Shown here: in pieces, positions 1 through 8,369 of the stretch
Layout: the number at the start of each line of letters is the position of its first letter
How positions within the stretch are numbered: the first letter of the stretch is position 1
Assembly (NCBI GenBank): GCA_965225945.1
Contig: CBDDBZ010000039.1
Location: forward strand, 576,001 to 640,000
Source of the DNA: Alphaproteobacteria bacterium
GTDB lineage: Bacteria; Pseudomonadota; Alphaproteobacteria; GCA-2731375
Direction: 5' to 3'
DNA: 64,000 nucleotides
Notes under the pieces: generated by a model
The model's input: the letters and a program-made list of their open reading frames with translations, nothing else
What the model was told of the DNA's origin: nothing
Database searches by the model: none
Made by a program: the position numbers and the translations under genes

Positions 1-1
1 T

Positions 2-517
2 TGCCAGTATTATTACCATTCGCACCGGCCGGAGGGGAGCGAGCACGGCCATTTCCACACCTTCGTTCGGGCCGGCGCCCTGCCCGCGGGGTTGACGCCC
101 CTAGCCCACGAGGGCGAGGAGGAATGGCCCGCCGGCGACGACCGGATCGCCCATATCGTTGCCATCGCGATGGAGAAGCGGGGCTATCCGACCCATCTCT
201 TCACCACCAACCGCTGGGTGACGGGCGAGACCTTCCATGCCGCCGACGGCGTGATCGGCGTGATCGACCGCTTCGATATCGATCACGCCTACCCCTCCTG
301 GCCCGCCAACCGGTGGCTGACGGCCATGGTCAAATTGTTCCGCCCGCAGATCGAAGTATTGTTACGCCAGCGTGACGAAAAGATCGGTGAGTGGGCGGCG
401 GCGCATCCGGGCGCGGACGTCTACGAGGACCGGGAGCTGGAGGTCACCTCGAAGTCACCGATTTCCGTCATCCGTCAGATCAAGACCCTAAGGACAGCCC
501 TGCGCGGCCGGCGCTGA
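2..517 (+). CDS. DUF6969-like hypothetical protein (5' truncated by window)
   Basis: The frame of ORF 92..517 is open back to base 2 and reads CQYYYHSHRPEGSEHGHFHTF...LFTTNRWVTGET...RWLTAM, a His-rich pattern I associate with DUF6969. Confidence 0.65.
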   Translation, partial: CQYYYHSHRPEGSEHGHFHTFVRAGALPAGLTPLAHEGEEEWPAGDDRIAHIVAIAMEKRGYPTHLFTTNRWVTGETFHAADGVIGVIDRFDIDHAYPSWPANRWLTAMVKLFRPQIEVLLRQRDEKIGEWAAAHPGADVYEDRELEVTSKSPISVIRQIKTLRTALRGRR

Positions 518-533
518 CGCCGAGGGTCGCTCC

Positions 534-667
534 AGAGCAATATCCGAACGGATGGAACCAGTGCGGTTCAATCCGTTCGGATATTGCTCTATTCTTCAAG
601 ATGTAGAGCAGCTTTATCCGCCAGTTGGATCGCTGAAAGCGATTTTCTTCTGGCGAATGCTGCTCTA
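534..667. repeat. Double-hairpin palindromic intergenic element (RIME/Bru-RS-like)
   Basis: Hairpin 1 has 26-bp arms at 534-559 and 565-590 with 1 mismatch and a 5-nt loop. Hairpin 2 runs TAGAGCAGC(604)...GCTGCTCTA(667) with inner CGCCAG/CTGGCG and ATCGCT/AGCGAT stems. The region is AT-richer than its flanks. Confidence 0.8.
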
Positions 668-681
668 GCGAGGAGCGAGGC

Positions 682-1095
682 ATGAGCGAGAAATTCGAGA
701 AGTCCGAGGCCGAATGGCGCGCCGAGTTGAGCGAAGAGCAGTTCTACGTGACCCGGCTCAAGGGGACGGAGCAGCCCTTCACCGGCAAATACTGGAACGA
801 GAAGCGCGAGGGCGTCTACGCCTGCATCTGCTGCGGCGAGGAACTCTTCCTTTCCGATCACAAGTTCGATTCCGGCACCGGTTGGCCCAGCTTCTGGCAG
901 CCGATCGACAAGGCCAAGGTGCGCGAAGAGCACGACCACGGCCTCGGCATGCACCGGGTCGAGGTGCTGTGCGAGAAGTGCGACGCGCACCTCGGCCACG
1001 TCTTTCCCGACGGGCCCCGGCCGAGCGGCGCGCGCTATTGCCTGAACTCGGCCTCGCTGGCGCTGAAGGCGAAGCCGGGCGACGGCGAAGGATGA
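682..1095 (+). CDS. msrB: Peptide-methionine (R)-S-oxide reductase
   Basis: GTEQPF, two CxxC motifs, [21 protein letters not shown] and RYCLNS; AGGAG RBS upstream. Confidence 0.97.
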   Translation: MSEKFEKSEAEWRAELSEEQFYVTRLKGTEQPFTGKYWNEKREGVYACICCGEELFLSDHKFDSGTGWPSFWQPIDKAKVREEHDHGLGMHRVEVLCEKCDAHLGHVFPDGPRPSGARYCLNSASLALKAKPGDGEG

Positions 1096-1136
1096 CGGGC
1101 GAGGCGGCGTTCCTGGACGACCTCGGGGCCTGAGCG

Positions 1137-2120
1137 GTGGCGTGGGCCGGCCGCCTCGGGTTTGCGCTGGCGGCCTCGATTCTCGCCGCGCCCGGGACAT
1201 CGCGCGCCGACGTCTGCGCCCTGGTCGACCGGGCGACGGCGGCGCGCGCGGCGGCGATATTGCGCGCCGCCGAACGATTGCTGGTCGACGATTGGTTCCG
1301 GCCGATTACGATTCGCCGGGTCGAAATTCGCGCCGAGCGTGGCCTCCACCGAGTGGTGGTGAACGCGGAGGTATCGCTCGATCTGGCTTACGCCTACGTC
1401 GACGACGGGGCATCGGGCTACCGGCGCGTCGGCGCCGCCCTCGATTGCTTCAGCCGCTGGCCCGATTCGATTCCGGCGACGCCCTTCACCTCCTCGGCCC
1501 CGGCGCGGTCTTGGCGGCCACCCGACAACCTGGCGGGCGAGCCCGGCGACGTCGGCATCCTCGGTCTGCTCGAACTCCCGGGCCTTGCGGACGATCCCCC
1601 GCGGCTGGACATCCGGGTCCATCCGGCCCCGAATACGGCGTCGCGGCCGATCCGCCGGCTCGGCCATCCGAGCGCCCTGGCGACGCGCGAGTTCGACTAC
1701 GAACGGCCGGGCGCGATCGTGCTTGCCCGGCACGCCGGCTGGTACCGAGTTCGCCTCCGCCGCGGTGTTGCCTGGATCCCGGAGGGCGAGGGCATGCGCT
1801 TTCACGCCGTGGCGGATCTCGTGCGGGACAACCTCGCCTATCTCACCGCCGCTTGGGACGGGCGGCTCCGGGCGGCGGCGGGGGTGGAGAAGGATGTTCG
1901 CTGGATCGTGCCGGCCTGGCGCAGGCGCATGGGCCATCCCATATCGGTGGAGCTGCGAGAGTCCCGCGAGCGTGGCGGGGAAACCTGGCTCCGGATCGCG
2001 ATTCCCTGGCCGCCGCCCTGCGACGGCGACGAGCCGACGCGGGTCGTCGCCGAGGGCTGGGTCCCGGCCAGGGCGGCGGACGGGCGGCTCGCCGTCTGGT
2101 TCTTCTCGCGGGGCTGCTGA
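1137..2120 (+). CDS. Hypothetical secreted protein
   Basis: Signal-peptide-like N-terminus (LGFALAASILAAPGTSRA-D), GC3-biased codons, and SH3-like GWYRVRL...AWIP and GWVP segments. Confidence 0.6.
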   Translation: MAWAGRLGFALAASILAAPGTSRADVCALVDRATAARAAAILRAAERLLVDDWFRPITIRRVEIRAERGLHRVVVNAEVSLDLAYAYVDDGASGYRRVGAALDCFSRWPDSIPATPFTSSAPARSWRPPDNLAGEPGDVGILGLLELPGLADDPPRLDIRVHPAPNTASRPIRRLGHPSALATREFDYERPGAIVLARHAGWYRVRLRRGVAWIPEGEGMRFHAVADLVRDNLAYLTAAWDGRLRAAAGVEKDVRWIVPAWRRRMGHPISVELRESRERGGETWLRIAIPWPPPCDGDEPTRVVAEGWVPARAADGRLAVWFFSRGC

Positions 2121-2358
2121 GCCCCGTCGCGGGTGGTTCCGTCGGCTCGGACGATGCGCTAGCCTGGCCTCGCCCGCTCGGGTCGATTCGCCGGGGAACG
2201 GGTGGTCCGACCAGGTCGAGATCGGCTCGGTCGAGATCGGCTTCGGGCCGGGTTTCGAGGCGGGCGAATTCGGAGCGAAGCGAACGCGGAGCGACGACGC
2301 CATGGAACAGGTCAAGTGGGCCAACGGCTACCGGCTCCACTCGGCGGCGCGTCTCCTG

Positions 2359-3321
2359 ATGCCGGACATCAGCCGCACCGCCCAGCCGAAGCCGCGCGAC
2401 TACGCCTATGATCTGGAGGGCACGCTCGACGCCGTGCTCTCGCTCCGCTCGGAAATCCCGGAGGACGCCTTCACCGCCTCGATCCTCGGCACCGAGCGGG
2501 AAGGCCACGGGGTGCTGATCGGCGATGACGGCCTGGTGCTGACCATCGGCTATCTGATCGCCGAGGCGGCACAGGTCATGCTGGCGGCGATGAACGGCAA
2601 GGTCGCCGGGGCCCGGATCGTCGCCTACGACTACGACAGCGGCTTCGGCCTGGTCAGGGCCTCGGAGCCGCTCGACGTCCGGCCGATTCCGATCGGCATC
2701 TCGCGCGGCGTCGCCGTCGGCGACCGGATGGTGGTCGGCGGTCATGGCGGCACGGGCCAATCGCTGGCCGCCAAGGTGGTTTCCAAGCGGGAGTTCGCGG
2801 GCTATTGGGAGTATCTCCTGGACGAGGCGATCTTCACCGCGCCGCCGCATCCCAACTGGGGCGGCGCCGCGCTGATCGGCGAGGACGGCAAGCTCGCCGC
2901 CATCGGCTCGCTCTTCGTGCAGGACGCGGTGACCGGCGAACAGGCGATGCGCGGCAACATGTTCGTGCCGATCGACTTGCTCAAGCCGATCCTGCCGGAG
3001 CTTCTCGCCAATGGGCGGACCAGCAAGCCGACCCGGCCCTGGCTCGGCATGTTCACGACCGAGATCGAAGGCCATCTGGTGGTCGCTGGCCTGGCGCACG
3101 GCGGCCCGGCGGAGCGAGCCGACGTCCGGGTGGGCGACATCGTCTTGGGCGTCGCGGGCGAGGGCGTGCACAGCCTGGCCGAAATGCTGCGCCGGATCTG
3201 GTCGCTCGGCGGCGCCGGGATCGAGGTGCGCATGACCTTCCAGCGCGAGGACAAGCTGGTCGAGGCGGTGATCGATTCGGCCAACCGCTACGACTTCATG
3301 AAGGTCTCGCACCTCCACTGA
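2359..3321 (+). CDS. S1C/HtrA-like trypsin-fold + PDZ protein with non-canonical active site
   Basis: C-terminal part of ORF 1585..3321: GVLIGDDGLVLTIGYLI, AYDYDSGFGLVR, NWGGAALIG and the PDZ-like RPWLGM...GPAERADVRVGDIV. Start placed at ATG 2359. Confidence 0.85.
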   Translation: MPDISRTAQPKPRDYAYDLEGTLDAVLSLRSEIPEDAFTASILGTEREGHGVLIGDDGLVLTIGYLIAEAAQVMLAAMNGKVAGARIVAYDYDSGFGLVRASEPLDVRPIPIGISRGVAVGDRMVVGGHGGTGQSLAAKVVSKREFAGYWEYLLDEAIFTAPPHPNWGGAALIGEDGKLAAIGSLFVQDAVTGEQAMRGNMFVPIDLLKPILPELLANGRTSKPTRPWLGMFTTEIEGHLVVAGLAHGGPAERADVRVGDIVLGVAGEGVHSLAEMLRRIWSLGGAGIEVRMTFQREDKLVEAVIDSANRYDFMKVSHLH

Positions 3322-3351
3322 CGGGGTGGCCGTGGCGAGGAGGAGAAGACG

Positions 3352-3858
3352 ATGGACGGGGCGGAACTGAAGGCGATACAGGCGCCGATCAAGGCGCGCT
3401 ACCGGGACCAGCCGGAGGCGGCGGTGATCACCCTCAGCGCCGAGGGCTCGATCGGCGAGGGCGTCACCTGTTCGGTGGAGACGGGGCGGGCGCTGGTCGA
3501 GGCGGGGCTGCACCCCGCGACCGGCGGCAGCGGCGCGCACGCGTGTTCCGGCGACATGCTGTTGCAGGCCCTCGTCGCCTGCGCCGGCGTCACCTTGAAC
3601 GCGGTGGCCACGGCGCTCGGCCTCGAGCTCGGGGATGCCCGGATCCGAGCCGAGGGCGATCTCGACTTCAAGGGGACCCTCGGCGTCGATCGCGATGCGC
3701 CCGTGGGTTTCCGCGACATTCGCCTTTGCTTCGAGCTCGACGGCGACCTCGACGCGGAGCAGACGGCGACGCTGATGAAGCTCACCGAGCGCTACTGCGT
3801 CGTCTACCAGACCCTGAAGGCGGCACCGCCGATCGAGGTCGCGGTCGGCGCCGGTTGA
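3352..3858 (+). CDS. OsmC family protein
   Basis: CSGDMLLQALVACAG and TERYCVVYQTL Cys pair; strong RBS. Confidence 0.9.
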   Translation: MDGAELKAIQAPIKARYRDQPEAAVITLSAEGSIGEGVTCSVETGRALVEAGLHPATGGSGAHACSGDMLLQALVACAGVTLNAVATALGLELGDARIRAEGDLDFKGTLGVDRDAPVGFRDIRLCFELDGDLDAEQTATLMKLTERYCVVYQTLKAAPPIEVAVGAG

Positions 3859-3870
3859 ACCGCGGCCCGC

Positions 3871-4749
3871 TCAGCCCATTTCCAGCATTTCCTCGACGTC
3901 GGCCGGTGTCGCCACCTCGCGGCCGGCGGCCCGCGCCATCCGGGCGACGCGAGTGACCAGCTCGGCGTTGCTCGGGCGGCCCTCGCCGACATAGGGATGA
4001 TCGCCGAGGCCGATCGAGACATGCCCGCCCCGCTCGATGATCTCGGGCGTGAGCGCCAGCAGGTCGCCACCGAAGTTGCAGGCGGCCCAATGCACGCGGC
4101 CGCCGCCCGGCAGCATGTCGAGATGCGCCCGCAGCCCCTCCGGCGTTCCCGGATGGCCGGCCAAGACCTCGCCGTCGGTCAGCACGAACAAGAGGAAGGC
4201 CGGCTCCGGCACCGCGCCCGTCTCCAGCAGCGCCAGCGCCTGGCGGGTGAAACCGATGTTCCACGAGACCAGGTAGTGCTTGACGCCCGCTGCAGCGATC
4301 TCGGCCGCGAAGTGTTGCAGGGTGCTCGTGCTGTTGCGGTAGATCAGATCGGTGGTGCGGAAGCGTTTCTCGGCCCGGAGGTAGCGGTCGATGTTGGTGC
4401 TGCCGGTATCCATCGGCGCGAAGTGGGGCCGGGTCGCCGGATCGCGCGCCAGCTCGACGATATGGCCGACCCGGGTCTCGGGCGGCGCGTCGAGGGTGAC
4501 GAAGCCCAGTGTCGGATGGGTCAAGATGTCGGAGCGCTCGCGGATCAGGCGGATGCCCTGGGCATAGGTCTCGGCGTCGTGGGCCGGCTCGCCCGCCGGG
4601 CCGCGGGCGTGAAAATGCACGATCGCGGCGCCGGCCTCGCGACATCTGACGGCGTCCTCGGCGATCTCCTCGGCCGTCCAGGGGACGTTGGCGTTGTCGA
4701 CCCGCATGGCGTATTCGTTGATCCGCGCCTCGATGATCAGCTTGTCCAT
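3871..4749 (-). CDS. 3-keto-5-aminohexanoate cleavage enzyme family (BKACE/DUF849) protein
   Basis: VPWTAEEIAEDAVRCREAGAAIVHFHAR and C-terminal SNAELV...GREVATPAD. Confidence 0.9.
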   Translation of the reverse strand: MDKLIIEARINEYAMRVDNANVPWTAEEIAEDAVRCREAGAAIVHFHARGPAGEPAHDAETYAQGIRLIRERSDILTHPTLGFVTLDAPPETRVGHIVELARDPATRPHFAPMDTGSTNIDRYLRAEKRFRTTDLIYRNSTSTLQHFAAEIAAAGVKHYLVSWNIGFTRQALALLETGAVPEPAFLLFVLTDGEVLAGHPGTPEGLRAHLDMLPGGGRVHWAACNFGGDLLALTPEIIERGGHVSIGLGDHPYVGEGRPSNAELVTRVARMARAAGREVATPADVEEMLEMG

Positions 4750-4765
4750 GGCTTTCCTCCCGGCG

Positions 4766-5101
4766 TCATTCGGCTTCGGCTTCGGCCTCGAGCACTTCCT
4801 TGGCGATTGCCGCCGCCGTCATCGCCGCCGGCCAGCCGGCGTAGATGGCGAGATGGGTGACCAACTCGACGATCTCCTCAGGCGTCACCCCGTTGGCGAG
4901 GGCGCGCACGATATGGCCCCGCATCTGCCGCTCGTGCCCCAGCGCCACCAGGCTGGCAAGCGTGATCAGGCTGCGATCGCGCTTCGAAAGGCCCGGCCGC
5001 TCCCAGATGTCGGCGTAGACGACCTCCTCGGTCAGTTCTACCAGCTTGGGGGCGAAGTCGCGGATGGCGTCGCGGCCGGCGGTGATCGAGAGCTTGGCCA
5101 T
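4766..5101 (-). CDS. Carboxymuconolactone decarboxylase family protein
   Basis: YADIWERPGLSKRDRSLITL...HIVRALANGVT...HLAIYAGWP. Confidence 0.92.
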   Translation of the reverse strand: MAKLSITAGRDAIRDFAPKLVELTEEVVYADIWERPGLSKRDRSLITLASLVALGHERQMRGHIVRALANGVTPEEIVELVTHLAIYAGWPAAMTAAAIAKEVLEAEAEAE

Positions 5102-5219
5102 GTATCGTCTCCCTACTACAGTGGAAGCGAATACTAGCGCCTTTCAGGATCGGCCGGATTTTCCTGAAGGCGGAAACTGCTCTCACCTCCGGGCGAGGGA
5201 ACGCCGGCGGGAGAGCTCG

Positions 5220-6161
5220 ATGACCACAGGTTTCGAATTCGGCCTCGACGTCGGGGTTTACGGCCCCCTGGCGCTGCCGATTCACATTCTGCCGCTCGCC
5301 CGCCAAGCGGAGGGGGCGGGCTTCAGTTCGCTTTGGCTCGCCGATCACGTGGTGTTCCCCAAGCAGATCGATTCGAAATATCCCTATAGTCCCACCGGCG
5401 CCTTCCCCGTCGCCGCGACCGAGCCACTGATGGAGCCGATCGCGACCATGGCCGTGTTGGCCGGCGCCACCTCTCGCCTCCGCCTCGGCACCGCCGTTCT
5501 GGTCATGCCCTACCGCAATCCGGTGCTGCTGGGCCGGATGCTGGCGACCATCGACCAGTTCGCCGCTGGCCGTGTCGTGCTCGGCGCCGGCGTCGGCTGG
5601 CTGGAGGAGGAGTTCCTGGCCCTCGACGCCCGCGATTTCGCCGCCCGGGGCGCCGTCACCGACGAGTGCCTGGAGATCGTCAAGGCTGTCGCCGGCGGCG
5701 GGGTCGTGGAATATCGGGGCGAGCACTACGCCTTCGAGGCGATTGAGTGCCATCCGGGCTCCGTCACCCGACCGCACCCGCCGATCCTGATCGGCGGCAC
5801 CAGCAAACGGGCGCTGCGCCGTGTGGTGGAGCAGGGCGACGGCTGGCTTTCCGTCTCGCTCGACATCGCGGGGTTGCGCGAGCACCTCGGACGGCTCGAG
5901 GGGCTCTGCGAGGCCCGCGGCCGGGCCTTCGGCGAGCTGGAGCTGCAGCACAAGATCTTCCTCTCGATCGGCGAGGAGAAAGCCTCGCTCGACGGGACCC
6001 GGGCGCTCGGCACCGGAGCCGTGGAGACGATCCGCGACGACGTCAAACGAATTGCCGATCTCGGCTTCCGTGGCGTGATCATGCGCTATATCGGCCGCGA
6101 CGCGAACGAGCAGCAGGTCCAGATCGACCGCTTCGCCGACGAGGTCATGGCCCACGTCTGA
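5220..6161 (+). CDS. LLM-class (luciferase-like, probably F420-dependent Rv2161c-type) oxidoreductase
   Basis: WLADHVVFP, TSRLRLGTAVLVMPYRNP, GAGVGWLEEEF and PPILIGG. ATG 5220 follows GGGAGAG. Confidence 0.88.
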   Translation: MTTGFEFGLDVGVYGPLALPIHILPLARQAEGAGFSSLWLADHVVFPKQIDSKYPYSPTGAFPVAATEPLMEPIATMAVLAGATSRLRLGTAVLVMPYRNPVLLGRMLATIDQFAAGRVVLGAGVGWLEEEFLALDARDFAARGAVTDECLEIVKAVAGGGVVEYRGEHYAFEAIECHPGSVTRPHPPILIGGTSKRALRRVVEQGDGWLSVSLDIAGLREHLGRLEGLCEARGRAFGELELQHKIFLSIGEEKASLDGTRALGTGAVETIRDDVKRIADLGFRGVIMRYIGRDANEQQVQIDRFADEVMAHV

Positions 6162-6228
6162 GGGAGACTTTCGAGGCGGACACTGAACCCGGGATCGCCC
6201 GGGAACCGGCCGAGGAGAGGAGAAGGGC

Positions 6229-6948
6229 ATGGCGCGAGACGGCATTGAGGCCTGCGTCTTCGACGTCTTCGGGACCGTCGTGGACTGGCGCGGCTCGCTC
6301 GCCCGCGATGGCCGGGCGCTGGGCGCCGCAAGGGGAATCGATCTCGACTGGGAACGCTTCGCCCGGGACTGGCGGGCGCTCTACCAGCCGGCGATGGAGT
6401 TGGTGCGGAGCGGCCAGATGGGCTTCGTCAAGCTCGACGTGCTGCATCGCCAGAACCTGGTCGAACTGCTGGCGCGCCACGCCATCGAGGCCCTGTCGGA
6501 GGCGGAGATCGATGACTTCAACCGCGCCTGGCACCGGCTCGATCCCTGGCCGGACGTGGTCCGGGGGCTGACCCGGCTGAAGTCCCGCTTCACCATCGCC
6601 ACGCTCTCCAACGGCAACGTGGCGCTGATCGTGGCCATGGCCAAGCGGGCGGGTCTGCCCTGGGACACGGTGCTGGGGGCCGAGGTGGCACGGCACTACA
6701 AGCCCCAGCCCGAGGCCTATCTGAACGCCGTCGATTTTTTGAGCCTGGAGCCGGCGCAAGTGCTGATGGTGGCGGCGCACAACGCCGATCTGGTGGCCGC
6801 GCGAGCCTGTGGCCTCTCGACCGCCTTCGTCGCCCGACCGACGGAATACGGCCCCGAGCAGAACCGCGACGCTAAGGCCGAGCACGATTTCGACTTTGTC
6901 GCCCGGGACTTCGGCGACCTCGCCGACCAGCTCGATTGTCCCGCCTGA
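6229..6948 (+). CDS. Haloacid dehalogenase type II
   Basis: FDVFGTVVDW, WHRLDPWPD, LSNGN, YKP and MVAAHNADL. Confidence 0.92.
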   Translation: MARDGIEACVFDVFGTVVDWRGSLARDGRALGAARGIDLDWERFARDWRALYQPAMELVRSGQMGFVKLDVLHRQNLVELLARHAIEALSEAEIDDFNRAWHRLDPWPDVVRGLTRLKSRFTIATLSNGNVALIVAMAKRAGLPWDTVLGAEVARHYKPQPEAYLNAVDFLSLEPAQVLMVAAHNADLVAARACGLSTAFVARPTEYGPEQNRDAKAEHDFDFVARDFGDLADQLDCPA

Positions 6949-6959
6949 AGGAGCCTGAA

Positions 6960-7841
6960 ATGACCGAATCCACTCACCGTTACGTCCGCCCCGAGCTGTT
7001 GATCGAGACCGAGGAGCTGGCGGCCGGGCTCGGCGCGCCGGGCTTGCGCCTGTTCGACTGCACGGTCCATCTCGACCCCGATCGGAAGCAGGTCTACACG
7101 GTCCGCAGCGGCCGCGCCGATTATGATGGCGGTCACATCCCGGGCGCCGTCTTCCTCGATATCCAGGCGGAGCTTTCGGTGGCCGACAGCCCTCTCCGCT
7201 TCACTTTCCCACCGACCCAACACTTCGCCGCCGCGATGTCGGCCCGAGGCGTCGGCCCGGAGAGCGAGGTGGTGCTCTACAGCAGCACCAAGGCACAATG
7301 GGCGACCCGGGTCTGGTGGATGCTCCGCGCCTTCGGCTTCGAGGGCGCCAGGGTCCTGAACGGCGGCCTCTCCAAGTGGCGGCGCGAGGGGCGGCCGCTC
7401 GACCGCGAAACACCCAGCCATCCACCGGCCACCTTCGAGGCCAGGCTTCGGCCCGAGATGGTGGCCGACAAAGCGGACGTGCTGGCCGCTCTCGACCAGG
7501 CGGGTTGTCTGTTGGTGAACGCGCTCAGCCCCGAAAAGCACCAGGGCGAGGGCATTCCTTACGGCCGCGCCGGGCGCATCGCAGGCTCCGTCAACCTGCC
7601 GGCCGACGACCTGTTGGACGCCGAAAGCGGCTGCTTCCTGCCGGCGGCGGCTCTGGAAGCGCGCCTCGCCCTGGTCGGGGTGCGCGACCACGCGCGCGTC
7701 ATCACCTATTGCGGCGGTGGCATCGCCGCGACCGCCGACGCCTTCGCCATGGCGCTACTGGGTCTGGACGCGGTGGCGATGTACGACGCCTCGCTCTCGG
7801 AATGGGCCAACGATCCGGCCCTGCCGATGGCGACCGGCTGA
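6960..7841 (+). CDS. Tandem-rhodanese sulfurtransferase (SseA-like)
   Basis: GHIPGAVF, ATRVWWML, active-site YCGGGIAA and YDASLSEW. AAGGAG RBS precedes ATG 6960. Confidence 0.9.
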   Translation: MTESTHRYVRPELLIETEELAAGLGAPGLRLFDCTVHLDPDRKQVYTVRSGRADYDGGHIPGAVFLDIQAELSVADSPLRFTFPPTQHFAAAMSARGVGPESEVVLYSSTKAQWATRVWWMLRAFGFEGARVLNGGLSKWRREGRPLDRETPSHPPATFEARLRPEMVADKADVLAALDQAGCLLVNALSPEKHQGEGIPYGRAGRIAGSVNLPADDLLDAESGCFLPAAALEARLALVGVRDHARVITYCGGGIAATADAFAMALLGLDAVAMYDASLSEWANDPALPMATG

Positions 7842-7853
7842 GGCGGGCTGAGC

Positions 7854-8369
7854 ATGCCCACGATTCACGTCTCGAACCTGGCCGATCTCGAGGCTCGCCT
7901 CCATGCCGTCAGGCCGAGCCATCTGGTCTCGATGCTGGCCGACGACGCGTTTCCCGAAACGCCCGAGTGGATCGCCGACGCCGATCATTTGCGGCTCCGC
8001 TTCCACGACATCGCCGAGCCGCTGCCCGATCACGTGGCCCCGGGGGGGCATCACCTCCACTCGCTGATCGACTTCGCCCGGGGCTGGCCGGGCGAGGCGC
8101 CGATCGTCGTCCATTGCTTCGCCGGCGTCAGCCGCTCCACGGCCGCGGCCCTGACGGTGCTGGCATTGCACAATCCGGGCCGCGAGGCGGAGGCCGCGGC
8201 ACTGCTCCGGGCCCGCGCCCCGCACGCCTATCCCAATCGGCTGATGATCCGCCTGGTGGACGAGATCCTGGCGCTCGACGGCCGCCTGGTCGCCGCCGTC
8301 GAGGCCATGGAGGAGCCGGATTACCAGACCCTGGGAACGCTGGTGGAGCTCCCGCTCCGGCTGGAGTGA
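7854..8369 (+). CDS. Predicted protein tyrosine phosphatase
   Basis: CX5R motif HCFAGVSRS, plus FHDI and PNRLM. Confidence 0.88.
   Translation: MPTIHVSNLADLEARLHAVRPSHLVSMLADDAFPETPEWIADADHLRLRFHDIAEPLPDHVAPGGHHLHSLIDFARGWPGEAPIVVHCFAGVSRSTAAALTVLALHNPGREAEAAALLRARAPHAYPNRLMIRLVDEILALDGRLVAAVEAMEEPDYQTLGTLVELPLRLE

Noticed and set aside
1585-2358. Long N-terminal extension of the protease-like ORF
   Set aside because: It overlaps the 1137..2120 gene in another frame and is Arg/Ser-rich low-quality sequence; family similarity starts near 2359.
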